Source: Terriglobales bacterium (lineage in GTDB: Bacteria; Acidobacteriota; Terriglobia; Terriglobales; Acidobacteriaceae). Taken from it: a DNA stretch of 64,000 nt. The notes below the pieces were generated by a model. That model did not search any database. It was not told where the DNA came from and was given only the letters and a program-made list of their open reading frames with translations. Both the position numbers and the translations under genes were made by a program. This document shows, piece after piece, positions 1 through 8,902 of this stretch; the first letter of the stretch is position 1, and the number at the start of each line of letters is the position of its first letter. The stretch covers positions 5,422 through 69,421 of the forward strand of contig DATJNC010000118.1 of NCBI GenBank assembly GCA_035508395.1. The letters are read 5' to 3'.

Positions 1-1675
1 CAGTTCGTTCCTTGCCCGACAGCGTCACCGCGTGCACACAGAACTGCTCGCCCGATTCCGCAGCCGAAAACCAGAACTCTTTTCCTGAAGGAGCCCATGC
101 CCCACCCTCCAATGCTTCCCAGCCCTTGGAGAGTGTCTCGACATGGCCTGAGCGGTCGATTAGGATAACGTCGCCCCGATCATCATTGCTCACGGGGTGA
201 CGAAAAAGGGCAACATGCCGGCCGTCGGGCGAGACGCGAATCTCCGAGATCCAGTTATCACCCTGCAGGACCACTTTGCCGATGGGGAATTGGACTTGCC
301 ATCGACCTTGATCGAGTACAATCGCGGCCATCTCGCTGCCGTCGGCTGTCCAATCAGCATCCGCGACGTTTTCCAACAGTTCGCGTGGTGCGCTTCCCCC
401 CAACGGCGAAACGGCGAGCGTACCGATCCATTGGAAGTGAGCGAAAAAGCTCGGACGCACCAAGATCGCCATTTCTCCTTGCTTTGAGATTGATAGCAGC
501 AGCGCGCCGTGCAGTCCGGCTGGAACAGACTCGGGGTAGTCTTCACGGATCACATAAGTATCGCGCCCGCCATCTTCGAGATCGGCAGCATAGACAATCG
601 TTCGTCCGTCAGGCGCGAAGCGCCCGCGGATCACCTCGCCACGGTGAAAGGAGACGCGCGCAAACATGGCCTGCGGACGCGGAGCGGGATGCAGGTACCA
701 GCCCATGACCGATCCCACCGCGAGCGCGATTACTGCAATGGCGGCAGGTGGTAGCCAACGAGTTTTTGATGGCTTCTCCACCGGCGTCGCAATCGCGATT
801 TGTGCCGCGCTCTTCGTCGCCGTGCCAGTCAGCGCCTCCAACGCAAACGCAAGATCCTTCGCTGACTGGAATCGTTGTTCGGGCCGCTTCTCAAGACACC
901 GCCGAATAATGCGATCCAGGCCCGGAGCGACCGGATGCTGCAGATCACTCAGTTCTGGCGGGTCATCTTTCAGAATTGCCGTCATCGTCTCGGCCGCCGT
1001 CTCGCGCCGAAAGGCGCGCTGGCCCGAGACCATCTCGTAGAGCACCGCCCCGAAAGCAAAAATGTCAGTGCGGGGATCAACCGCCGCTCCGCGCACCTGC
1101 TCAGGAGCCATATACCCCGCCGTGCCCATCACTACGCCCGCTTCCGTGGGAGAACTCGTCAGCGTCAAGCCCTCCGAACCGCCCTTGCCATCCCCTCCAG
1201 AAGCGAGCTTGGCCAGCCCGAAATCCAGAATTTTTGTCCGGCCTTCCTTCGTGATGAAGATGTTTTCCGGCTTCAGATCGCGATGGACAATGTTCTTCTC
1301 GTGTGCCGCCGCGAGGCCTTGAGCAATCTGCGCTGCATAATCAGTAGCCTTGCGCGAAGAGAGCGGACCGTCTTCGAGTTCGGTGCGCAGGCTGCGGCCT
1401 TCCAGCAGTTCCGAGACGATGAAGGGAGAACCGTTGTACTCCCCGATGTCGTGAATGGCCAGAAGGTTCGGATGGTTGAGCGCGGCAACAGCCCTCGCCT
1501 CCTGCTCGAATCGCCGCAAGCGGTCGGCGTCGCGGGCAAAGGATTCGGGCAGGACCTTTAACGCAACTTCCCGGCCAAGGCGTGTATCACGAGCCCTGTA
1601 CACCTCTCCCATCCCGCCAGAGCCGAGCGGCGAGAGAATTTCATACGGACCGAGTTTTGTACCCTGGTTCAACAC
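1..1675 (-). CDS. Ser/Thr protein kinase with one TM segment and a C-terminal TolB/WD40-like propeller; partial, C-terminus lies beyond the window edge
   Basis: The minus-strand frame is open to position 1, so it is absent from the ORF track. My translation gives VLNQGTKLGPYEILSPLGSGGMGEVYRARDTRLGREVALKVL (Gly-loop and VAxK), AAHEKNIVHRDLKPENIFITKEGRTKILDFGLAKLA (HRD and DFG), a TM segment RWLPPAAIAVIALAVGSVMGW, then RVSPDGRHVALFRHPVSNDD. GTG start at 1675; TTG at 1708 is an alternative. Confidence 0.85.
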   Translation of the reverse strand, partial: MLNQGTKLGPYEILSPLGSGGMGEVYRARDTRLGREVALKVLPESFARDADRLRRFEQEARAVAALNHPNLLAIHDIGEYNGSPFIVSELLEGRSLRTELEDGPLSSRKATDYAAQIAQGLAAAHEKNIVHRDLKPENIFITKEGRTKILDFGLAKLASGGDGKGGSEGLTLTSSPTEAGVVMGTAGYMAPEQVRGAAVDPRTDIFAFGAVLYEMVSGQRAFRRETAAETMTAILKDDPPELSDLQHPVAPGLDRIIRRCLEKRPEQRFQSAKDLAFALEALTGTATKSAAQIAIATPVEKPSKTRWLPPAAIAVIALAVGSVMGWYLHPAPRPQAMFARVSFHRGEVIRGRFAPDGRTIVYAADLEDGGRDTYVIREDYPESVPAGLHGALLLSISKQGEMAILVRPSFFAHFQWIGTLAVSPLGGSAPRELLENVADADWTADGSEMAAIVLDQGRWQVQFPIGKVVLQGDNWISEIRVSPDGRHVALFRHPVSNDDRGDVILIDRSGHVETLSKGWEALEGGAWAPSGKEFWFSAAESGEQFCVHAVTLSGKERT

Positions 1676-1757
1676 GCGCTTAAGCCAGTGCCATCTGTGG
1701 GTGCGCAATTATAGCGCGGCCCGGCCAGCCGAGTGCCGCGTTAATCATCCACTCGGC

Positions 1758-1786
1758 TTGCTTAGGTACTAGGCGCACAATATACT
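1758..1786 (+). promoter_or_regulatory. Candidate sigma-70 type promoter for gdhA
   Basis: TTGCTT (1758-1763), 17-nt spacer, TATACT (1781-1786), about 80 nt upstream of the ATG at 1866. Sequence match only. Confidence 0.3.
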
Positions 1787-1865
1787 TTCGGGGGTTTGCC
1801 CGCTTTTGGTCGGCAGTTTTATCCTCAGTCAGATTGCCGTCATCGAAGAGGCACTCGGAGATCTT

Positions 1866-3131
1866 ATGAAAACCATCGACCTGGAACAGGAAACTAATCC
1901 GTGGCAGGCGCAAGCTGCGCGCTTCGACTTGGCGGCGCGCAAGTTGAATCTCGACGACGGCCTGTGGCGGGTTCTACGCAGTCCGGGTCGTGAGATCACC
2001 GTGCATATCCCGGTCCAGATGGATGATGGCCGTCTTGAGGTCTTCACGGGTTATCGCGTGCAGCACTCGATTGCGCGCGGTCCGGCCAAGGGCGGAATCC
2101 GCTTCGCCCCCGACGTAAACCTCGACGAAGTGCGCGCGCTTGCCAGTTGGATGACATGGAAGTGCGCCGTTGTCAACATCCCGTTCGGCGGAGCGAAGGG
2201 TGGCATCATTTGCGATCCGCACAAAATGTCGATGGGCGAACTGGAACGCATGACCCGCCGCTACACGGCGGAGATCTTCGAATTCATCGGTCCCGAGAAA
2301 GACGTCCCCGCCCCCGACGTAAACACAAACGAGCAGGTCATGGCCTGGATGATGGACACCTATTCCATGCACGCCCGCCAAACCGTCACCGCGGTCGTCA
2401 CGGGCAAGCCGATCAATATCGGTGGATCGCGCGGCCGCCGGGAGGCCACCGGCCGCGGCGTGCTGATGGTTTGCGATCAGGCGATCCGAAAGCTCCATCT
2501 CAACCGCGAGGAATCACGGGTAATCGTGCAGGGCTTCGGTAACGTAGGATCGAACGCCGCCCGGCTGATGGCCGAGGTCGGCTACAAGGTAATCGGTATT
2601 CTCGAGGTTGGCGGCGGAATCTACAATCGCAACGGGATCAACGTCGAAGAACTCTGGGAGTTCCGGCAGCGCAATGGCACCATTCATGGCTTCCCAGGCG
2701 TGGAAAAAATCGACGGCGATGAACTGCTGCTGAAAGAATGCGAAATCCTCATTCCCGCGGCCACCGAGAATGTCATCACCAGTCGCAATGCCGATCAAGT
2801 GAAGTGCAGGATCCTGGCCGAGGGCGCGAACGGTCCCACCACTGCGGCGGCCGACGACATTCTCGCCGAGAAGAAGGTCTTCGTGATTCCCGACATTCTC
2901 GCCAACGCCGGCGGCGTTACCACCTCCTATTTCGAATGGGTTCAGGACCGCCAGGGCTATTTCTGGAAGGAGTCCGAAGTGAACGATCGCCTCGGCGACA
3001 TCATGGTCACGGCCTTTGACGACGTGGTCCGATACGCCGAAACCCATGGCGTGAACAACCGCATTGCCGCCTACATGCTGGCCATCGACCGCGTGGCCTA
3101 CACGATTCGCCAACGCGGAATCTACGCCTGA
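1866..3131 (+). CDS. gdhA: Glutamate dehydrogenase (Glu/Leu/Phe/Val dehydrogenase family)
   Basis: The ORF 1806..3131 contains GPAKGGIRF and [11 protein letters not shown] motifs and a C-terminal Rossmann segment [11 protein letters not shown]. The in-frame ATG at 1866 (MKTIDLEQ) is the likely start; the track start at 1806 is a TTG. Confidence 0.9.
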   Translation: MKTIDLEQETNPWQAQAARFDLAARKLNLDDGLWRVLRSPGREITVHIPVQMDDGRLEVFTGYRVQHSIARGPAKGGIRFAPDVNLDEVRALASWMTWKCAVVNIPFGGAKGGIICDPHKMSMGELERMTRRYTAEIFEFIGPEKDVPAPDVNTNEQVMAWMMDTYSMHARQTVTAVVTGKPINIGGSRGRREATGRGVLMVCDQAIRKLHLNREESRVIVQGFGNVGSNAARLMAEVGYKVIGILEVGGGIYNRNGINVEELWEFRQRNGTIHGFPGVEKIDGDELLLKECEILIPAATENVITSRNADQVKCRILAEGANGPTTAAADDILAEKKVFVIPDILANAGGVTTSYFEWVQDRQGYFWKESEVNDRLGDIMVTAFDDVVRYAETHGVNNRIAAYMLAIDRVAYTIRQRGIYA

Positions 3132-3189
3132 TCTCGCGTGCATGGGCGATTTGTGAGGCTTTCGACCGCTCCGCTTGGGGGATTAAAGA

Positions 3190-3519
3190 ATGAAATCGTG
3201 GAGCAAATCTTCTTCGTGGATAGCGGTTCTTCCTTTCGCGCTCATGCTGTCTTTTGCGCCGAAGCCCCTCCCCGCCCAAACTTCCGCACCGTCACAGGCT
3301 TCAAATTCGGCGAAAGCCGGGAGTTCCAAACCGACAGGATCCACCGCTTCGAGTTCCGACATCGCGGCGGCGAAGGCCAGCGGCAAAGTCTGGGTCAATA
3401 CCAGCACCGGCGTTTATCACAAAGGCGGACGCTGGTACGGCAAAACGAAGGAAGGGAAGTTCATGACCGAAGCCGATGCCAAAGCCGCCGGATACAAAGC
3501 GGCGCAGAAAGAACAATAA
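3190..3519 (+). CDS. Hypothetical small secreted protein
   Basis: N-terminal signal-like segment ([21 protein letters not shown]), a Ser/Ala-rich linker, and a C-terminal segment [39 protein letters not shown]. No family assigned. Confidence 0.5.
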   Translation: MKSWSKSSSWIAVLPFALMLSFAPKPLPAQTSAPSQASNSAKAGSSKPTGSTASSSDIAAAKASGKVWVNTSTGVYHKGGRWYGKTKEGKFMTEADAKAAGYKAAQKEQ

Positions 3520-3549
3520 ATACTAAGGATCAAAAAGGAGAGAGAAATC

Positions 3550-3867
3550 ATGCCCAGGAACCTTGTACGCAGAATTCTCATTCTCATCTTTGCAGTGGGC
3601 CTGATCGCTGGAATGGCGGTCGGCCAAGGCACGATGGCCCCTCCTTCGAAAACAACCAAGTCGACGGCATCCAGCGGCGATCTGCTCGACATCAACTCGG
3701 CGACCAAAGATCAGCTCGATGCCCTGCCGGGAATCGGTGTGGTCTATTCGCAAAAGATCATTGATGGCCGTCCGTATTCAAAGAAGACCGATCTCGTAAA
3801 CAAAAAGATCATTCCCCAGGCCACTTACAACAAGATCAAAGACAAGATCATCGCCAAACAGAAATAA
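3550..3867 (+). CDS. ComEA-like helix-hairpin-helix DNA-binding protein with signal/TM anchor
   Basis: LLDINSATKDQLDALPGIGVVYSQKIIDGRPYSKKTDL is the ComEA-type HhH motif. Hydrophobic N-terminus. GGAGAG lies upstream of the ATG. Confidence 0.7.
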   Translation: MPRNLVRRILILIFAVGLIAGMAVGQGTMAPPSKTTKSTASSGDLLDINSATKDQLDALPGIGVVYSQKIIDGRPYSKKTDLVNKKIIPQATYNKIKDKIIAKQK

Positions 3868-4009
3868 GTGCCAAGAGCCAATTGCCAATTGCTAATCGCT
3901 AGAAGCCAAGCGCCTGGCAGCTAAGCTTGGGTGGCTGGACCGGTGTGCGTTGCCTTGCCTCCCCTTGTGGAGGATAATCAGAGGGGTCTGTCGACGGGCC
4001 CTTTTTTGC

Positions 4010-4663
4010 GTGAACCTCCCCAACTACATCACGCTCACTCGAATTGCTGCCATTCCTGTGCTCATCTGGATTCTGTGCACCCCGCGCCTTTCCGAGGGCA
4101 ATGGTGAGCGCGAAATCCTGGCGTCGGGCGTTTTCATTCTCGCCTCCGTCACTGACGGTATTGACGGCTATCTTGCCCGCAAGCGCGGCCAGATCACAAC
4201 CATGGGCATGCTCCTCGATCCGCTCGCCGACAAGCTGCTGATCGCTGCCGCTTTCATCACCCTGGTGCAGTTCAACCCCTCGCTCGTGCCCGCCTGGATG
4301 GCCGTCGTAATCATCGGTCGCGAATTTCTTGTCAGTGGGCTGCGTTCCATCGCCGCATCGGAAGGCTTCACCATTCAAGCTAGCGAACTGGGCAAGTTCA
4401 AAATGCTCGTGCAGATCATCTCCGTAGTTGCCGTCATCCTGGCCCGCCGTTGGCACGAGTGGCCGCTTGGCCCTGTATATATCTTCCCCGTTTACTGGAT
4501 CGCCTTGCTCTCGATCTGGTTCATGGTTTTGTTGTCGCTGGTTTCCGCAGCGGACTATTTCATCGCATTCTGGTCTCGTATCGATCACCAATCCGAGCGA
4601 CGCCGGAAACGGCGTACCTTCGTCCTCGCGAGGCGGAGGAAACGCGATGTCCAGACCGTTTGA
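4010..4663 (+). CDS. pgsA: CDP-diacylglycerol--glycerol-3-phosphate 3-phosphatidyltransferase
   Basis: CDP-alcohol phosphatidyltransferase motif DGIDGYLARKRGQITTMGMLLDPLADK; multi-TM protein. Start uncertain: in-frame GTG at 4010 (VNLPNYITLTR) versus the track start at 3950. Confidence 0.85.
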   Translation: MNLPNYITLTRIAAIPVLIWILCTPRLSEGNGEREILASGVFILASVTDGIDGYLARKRGQITTMGMLLDPLADKLLIAAAFITLVQFNPSLVPAWMAVVIIGREFLVSGLRSIAASEGFTIQASELGKFKMLVQIISVVAVILARRWHEWPLGPVYIFPVYWIALLSIWFMVLLSLVSAADYFIAFWSRIDHQSERRRKRRTFVLARRRKRDVQTV

Positions 4664-5273
4664 AAACCTGAGCGAAAGCCGGCCGGCTGAGTCTCGGGAC
4701 ATGCCCGAATTTTCGCCCGCGCAGCGCAGGATTCTTCTCGAAATCGCCCGCTCCTCGATCGCCTCCGGCATCGCCAACGAGCCTCTGCCCGACGAACCGC
4801 CTTCCTGGCCGAATCTGCCCCACTTTCGCGCTCTATTACTTCAGCCGCGCGGCGTGTTCACAACCCTCTATCTGCGTGCTCAACTGCGGGGCTGCGTGGG
4901 GTACGCGCTCGCCATCCATCCCCTTTTTCGTGCCATTGCAGAAACTGCCCGCGCCGCCGCTTTTCAGGACACACGTTTCCGGCCGGTTTCGCCCGAGGAA
5001 GTGGGCGATCTGAAGATCTCGCTCAGCGTTCTCTCGCCCCTGTTCCCAATCCAGCCCAGCCACGTCGAAGTCGGACGTCACGGGCTCATGATCTCCGATG
5101 GTCTCAGGCGAGGTCTGCTGCTCCCGCAGGTTCCAGTCGAGCATGACTGGGACCGCCTGACATTTCTCGAACAAACCTGTCACAAGGCCGGGCTGCCCAG
5201 CGACGCTTGGCGTTCTGCTTCACTCGAGGCCTTCACCGCCGAGGTCTTCGGCGATGATGACTTCAGCTGCTGA
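4647..5273 (+). CDS. AMMECR1-domain protein (AmmeMemoRadiSam system protein A-like)
   Basis: RGVFTTLY..LRGCVGY..AAFQDTRFRPV..ISLSVLSP..HGLMISDG.RRGLLLPQV is the AMMECR1 pattern. The in-frame ATG at 4647 (MSRPFENL) overlaps the pgsA end by 17 nt; the track start at 4428 would lie inside pgsA. Confidence 0.8.
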   Translation: MSRPFENLSESRPAESRDMPEFSPAQRRILLEIARSSIASGIANEPLPDEPPSWPNLPHFRALLLQPRGVFTTLYLRAQLRGCVGYALAIHPLFRAIAETARAAAFQDTRFRPVSPEEVGDLKISLSVLSPLFPIQPSHVEVGRHGLMISDGLRRGLLLPQVPVEHDWDRLTFLEQTCHKAGLPSDAWRSASLEAFTAEVFGDDDFSC

Positions 5274-5685
5274 CTTCGAAATCCAGAGATTCTGTGAGCG
5301 CGTTAACCTTCCATGCCTATCCGCAATCAACCTTGTTTCCCGACGAAGCATCAGACGGTTTGGAGAGGGATCTTGAAGGGGCTCTTTCGAGCATGGCACG
5401 TTGGTACCCTTGTTCTCTGGGTGTAATCGCGTCAGCATGCATTCGGCAGTTTGCCGTGAAAGGTCTTTATGGAACTTGCTTTGGTCGTGGTCGCAGTTAT
5501 CGTTGCCGGTGCCCTCATCCCGGGAAACTCGCAGGTCCAGTTCTACCGGTGAAGACCCCTCCTCGAGTCTTCTGAATTCACCCCCAACCCGTTTCGGCTT
5601 TTTCGTCCCGGCCTCCCGCCCACAGAGATCGGACTGCATTAGACTAAGTCGCACCGCGCACAATGAGGATACCTGCAAAGAAAAA

Positions 5686-5704
5686 GGGGAGATTTGTTCT
5701 CCCC
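5686..5704. terminator. Bidirectional intrinsic terminator hairpin
   Basis: GGGGAGA-tttgt-TCTCCCC, preceded by AAAAA and followed by TTTCATT. It lies 53 nt downstream of the stop of the minus-strand gene 5757..6719. Confidence 0.7.
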
Positions 5705-5756
5705 TTTCATTGCCCGACATTTTTAGGTGTTCTCTTTGGCTAGGTCCGTTCCAGCC

Positions 5757-6719
5757 TTAATCCTGATGGTCGAGTTCAACATTGTCGCCCGCGTAAACGT
5801 CCTCGAACGAGAAGACCAGCATCGCTGCCGACGACGTCGGCGTCGTGCTCAACACCACGACTTCGCCAACCGCTCGCTTTGGCAAATCGCCAATATGAAT
5901 ATTCGGCCCTTTACCCTTAGTCAGGAAATTTGCCTCGATGGTCGGTGGTCGCATCTGGGTATCTTCCGATGTCTGCGCCTTGAACGTGAGTGAATCGACT
6001 GGGTTCTGCAGAGTTGCCATGTACGATCGCACCACCCGGAAGTAGTCGCCGGGTTTCACACCCTGGTTCGATCCAACATTCAAATACACGGTCGTCCCGG
6101 TGCCCAGGAGGAGATCGAAGTCCTTGGCAAGTACGATTCGCCCCGTCAGCTTTCCGCTCGATGGCGCGAAGCGGTCAAAGTGCCCCGGTACGTGAAACGT
6201 AACCGGATCGCGCTGCACGAAAGGGACCGCAACATCGCCGGGGTTAATGGCGTCGCAGCTGAACTCCACCTGCGCAATCGCCTCTTTGCTCCGCATGTCC
6301 ACCACGCGGACTCGCCCCACTTCCGAATAAGGATGTCCAGCCGCCGCTAGTAACTTTCGCATCCCAGGATAGATTTCATATTCATTGATATCTCGTAGCT
6401 CGCGCACAATCGAGTAAAGCTGTCCCACCTGGTATCCCGTGCCGCGCAGATAGATCAGTTCCGGGTATTCAAACTTGGTCGAAGTCGGTGTCTCAAGACC
6501 ACCTGTGACGAAGTTCGCGTCCGGGACGCGATTCTTGGCGAGGAATCCTGCGCAATAGATGTCGGAAGCGGTCGGAGTCTGATAGCGGACGAAGGGGACC
6601 GAAACGCTGGTTGGCACAATGCCGGACGCGTCCGGCTGCGCCACCATGGTCGACATGGGCGACGTCTGGGCGCAAGCCAAACCGGCCGCCAACAGCAATA
6701 AAATACCTGTTTTCTTCAT
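5757..6719 (-). CDS. Hypothetical secreted protein
   Basis: The in-frame ATG at 6719 gives MKKTGILLLLAAGLACAQT (signal peptide) and is preceded by GGAGG. No recognisable catalytic motif. Confidence 0.6.
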   Translation of the reverse strand: MKKTGILLLLAAGLACAQTSPMSTMVAQPDASGIVPTSVSVPFVRYQTPTASDIYCAGFLAKNRVPDANFVTGGLETPTSTKFEYPELIYLRGTGYQVGQLYSIVRELRDINEYEIYPGMRKLLAAAGHPYSEVGRVRVVDMRSKEAIAQVEFSCDAINPGDVAVPFVQRDPVTFHVPGHFDRFAPSSGKLTGRIVLAKDFDLLLGTGTTVYLNVGSNQGVKPGDYFRVVRSYMATLQNPVDSLTFKAQTSEDTQMRPPTIEANFLTKGKGPNIHIGDLPKRAVGEVVVLSTTPTSSAAMLVFSFEDVYAGDNVELDHQD

Positions 6720-6933
6720 TTTGCCTCCGACTCCCACCCCCGGTCGCTCCGAACCCGATCTATCTGTATGGGAAGACAAGGGTTACAGCCGAAAAGTAAC
6801 AAGCCATGGGGGAGGGGTCAAGGTTACGACGGTATTAGAAGGCTCGCCGCCCAAAGTGTTTCCACATTTCCCGCAATCTCCCTGTTGCATCTAGGCTTAC
6901 ACACCTGTAATATCGCGCCGTTCTGCCAAACTA

Positions 6934-8508
6934 ATGGCCTTGGCCTTTTCGTCTACTTTCGCTCCTCGCCTGCTCACTTCGCGACTTCAGAAGGTTTGTC
7001 TCGCAGTCAACGCCGACAGCCCCGACCAGATGCTCGATATCCTGGAATCCATGGCGAGAGATAACCCATTTGTGGAGTTTCGCTTGGACTACCTCAAGCA
7101 GCCTTCTGCGATACTCCCGAAGCTTCGCCGCTTTCTCGAAACCCATCAGTACGTCACGGCCATCGCTACCTGCCGCCGGGCAGAAAATGGAGGAAAATTC
7201 AAAGGGTCCCTCGCCTCGGAACTGGAGGTTCTCAGCAAGTCCTCCACCGCCGGGTGCCAGCTGGTCGACTTGGAACTCGAGAGCGCGATGAAAGCCAAGC
7301 CCGACGCACTCGCCAAGCTACGAAAAAGTTCAGCTCTTATCATTTCCTTCCATGATTTCCGGGCCACGCGGAATCTGGATTCCACGCTCGAAAAAATGCT
7401 CAGGATTCCGGCCGACTTCTACAAAATCGTTACCACGGCAACCACGCTCTCTGACAACGTCACCATGATGAAGTTCCTCCAGGCCCAGCATGACAAGCAC
7501 GCCCTCATTGGCCTGTGCATGGGCGAACAGGGAGTCATCAGCCGCGTGCTCGCCGTGCGGGCCGGCAGCGTGTTTGTCTTTGGCGCGGTCAGCGCCCAGC
7601 ATAAAACCGCGCCCGGCCAGATCAGCGCCCGTGATTTGCGCAGCATTTATCGCATTGAGCAGGTCGACGCCGCCACTAAGGTTTACGGGGTCGCCGGCGA
7701 CCCGATTGAGCATTCTCTTTCGCCAGTCATCATGAATACCGCCTTGCGCCGCGAAAACGTCAATGGAGTCTACCTTGCGCTTCACGCCAAAACAATCAAG
7801 GATTTACTCCAGTGTGTCCGCGAGATCCCGCTGCATGGACTGAGCATTACCATGCCCTACAAGCAAGCCATCCTCGAACACCTCGACAATACCGACGCGC
7901 ATACAGCAAAGATTGGTGCATGCAACACCGTCGTTCGCGGCCAGGATGGCAAGCTTTACGGCTTCAATACCGACGTCGCCGGCGTCATCCGTCCCCTCGA
8001 ACAACGCATAACCATTGAGAATGCCAAGGTTCTTGTGCTTGGCGCCGGCGGCGCTGCCCGCGCCGCCGTATTTGGCTTGAAAGAGCGCGGAGCCGAGGTC
8101 TGGATTCTGAACCGCACTGCGGAAAAGGCGCAGAAGCTAGCTCGTCAGGCAAAAGCGCGCACCATCAAGCGTGCTGACCTTCACAAAGTAGAATTTGACG
8201 TGATCATCAACGCGACCCCCGTCGGCATGGGCTCAACTCGGGACTGCCCTCTCAAAGAGAACGAGATCCAAGCCAAGGTCGTTTTCGATATGGTTTACGA
8301 CCCGGTCGAAACGCGCTTACTGCAAACTGCGCGAGCCAAGGGTATCGCGGTCATCCCGGGTGTTGAGATGTTCGTTCACCAGGCAGCGCGTCAATTTGAA
8401 ATCTGGACGGGAAAGCCAGCGCCTGCTCAAGACATGCTTCGTGTCGTCACGATTGCACTGCAAGAGCGAGCGAATGCCCGTAAGGCGGAGCCCGCCAACC
8501 ACTCCTGA
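6934..8508 (+). CDS. aroDE: Bifunctional 3-dehydroquinate dehydratase (type I) / shikimate 5-dehydrogenase
   Basis: The N-terminal half has type-I DHQase features (VEFRLDYL, ISFHDF, YKIV). The C-terminal half is AroE-like (YGVAGDPIEHSLSPVIMN, LSITMPYKQ, GACNTVV, GFNTDVAGV, VLGAGGAARA). Single uninterrupted ORF. Confidence 0.85.
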   Translation: MALAFSSTFAPRLLTSRLQKVCLAVNADSPDQMLDILESMARDNPFVEFRLDYLKQPSAILPKLRRFLETHQYVTAIATCRRAENGGKFKGSLASELEVLSKSSTAGCQLVDLELESAMKAKPDALAKLRKSSALIISFHDFRATRNLDSTLEKMLRIPADFYKIVTTATTLSDNVTMMKFLQAQHDKHALIGLCMGEQGVISRVLAVRAGSVFVFGAVSAQHKTAPGQISARDLRSIYRIEQVDAATKVYGVAGDPIEHSLSPVIMNTALRRENVNGVYLALHAKTIKDLLQCVREIPLHGLSITMPYKQAILEHLDNTDAHTAKIGACNTVVRGQDGKLYGFNTDVAGVIRPLEQRITIENAKVLVLGAGGAARAAVFGLKERGAEVWILNRTAEKAQKLARQAKARTIKRADLHKVEFDVIINATPVGMGSTRDCPLKENEIQAKVVFDMVYDPVETRLLQTARAKGIAVIPGVEMFVHQAARQFEIWTGKPAPAQDMLRVVTIALQERANARKAEPANHS

Positions 8509-8742
8509 GCCGTCGTTGCCTCCTACAAGAATTGCGCCGAAATCGATTTAACTCATTGCATTTGCGAGGGATCGAAAGACTTGTGACCAGTGGTGACAGT
8601 CGCTTATTCTGCCAAGTCCTCGCGGCGGAAATTGAGCCCTTCCGCGACTCAGACCTCACCAAGTGCCCTGCTAGCGTGCAGAAACTGAGGTCGCGTGTGG
8701 AGCAAAATGAGACAAAAAGCGATGCAACCATCCCTACAAAGG

Positions 8743-8771
8743 TTGCAAATATGAGGAACCAGCAGTAATAT
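8743..8771 (+). promoter_or_regulatory. Candidate sigma-70 type promoter upstream of the gvpF/L-like gene
   Basis: TTGCAA (8743-8748), 17-nt spacer, TAATAT (8766-8771). A hairpin AGACGCGA-gtct-TCGCGTCT follows at about 8779-8798. Confidence 0.3.
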
Positions 8772-8902
8772 CAGCATTAGACGCGAGTCTTCGCGTCTCA
8801 ACCCAGTCCCAAACGTAACCAACCGTCTTCCAGTAGGAGCAGCCCTAAGCTTCAAAAAATCTAAAGGGTGCCCAGTGCCCCGGTGCAATTCGGAGAGAAT
8901 GC

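Noticed and set aside
1974-3143. Long minus-strand ORFs (1974..2498 and 2514..3143) antisense to gdhA. Similar antisense ORFs exist at 8942..9682, 11117..11884, 11638..12408, 16603..17370, 30725..31357, 44508..45650, 50077..50865, 58258..58992 and 63085..63705.
   Set aside because: - They lie opposite genes with clear family signatures.
- They are rich in Arg, Gly, Ala and Pro, as expected from reverse-complemented GC-rich codons.
- They show no recognisable motifs.
- They are shadow ORFs of high-GC DNA.
3877-3892. GCCAATTGCCAATTGC mini tandem repeat (two CAATTG palindromes) after the ComEA-like gene.
   Set aside because: It has only two short units in a 3' untranslated spacer and no further copies in the window. 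It is probably chance or part of a weak terminator structure.
5220-5720. 166-codon minus-strand ORF and the overlapping plus-strand ORFs 5294..5575 and 5401..5760, between the AMMECR1 gene and the terminator.
   Set aside because: All three frames are open here. The sequences are Arg/Ser/Pro/Cys-rich with no motifs, and one runs through the terminator hairpin. None is credible as a gene.
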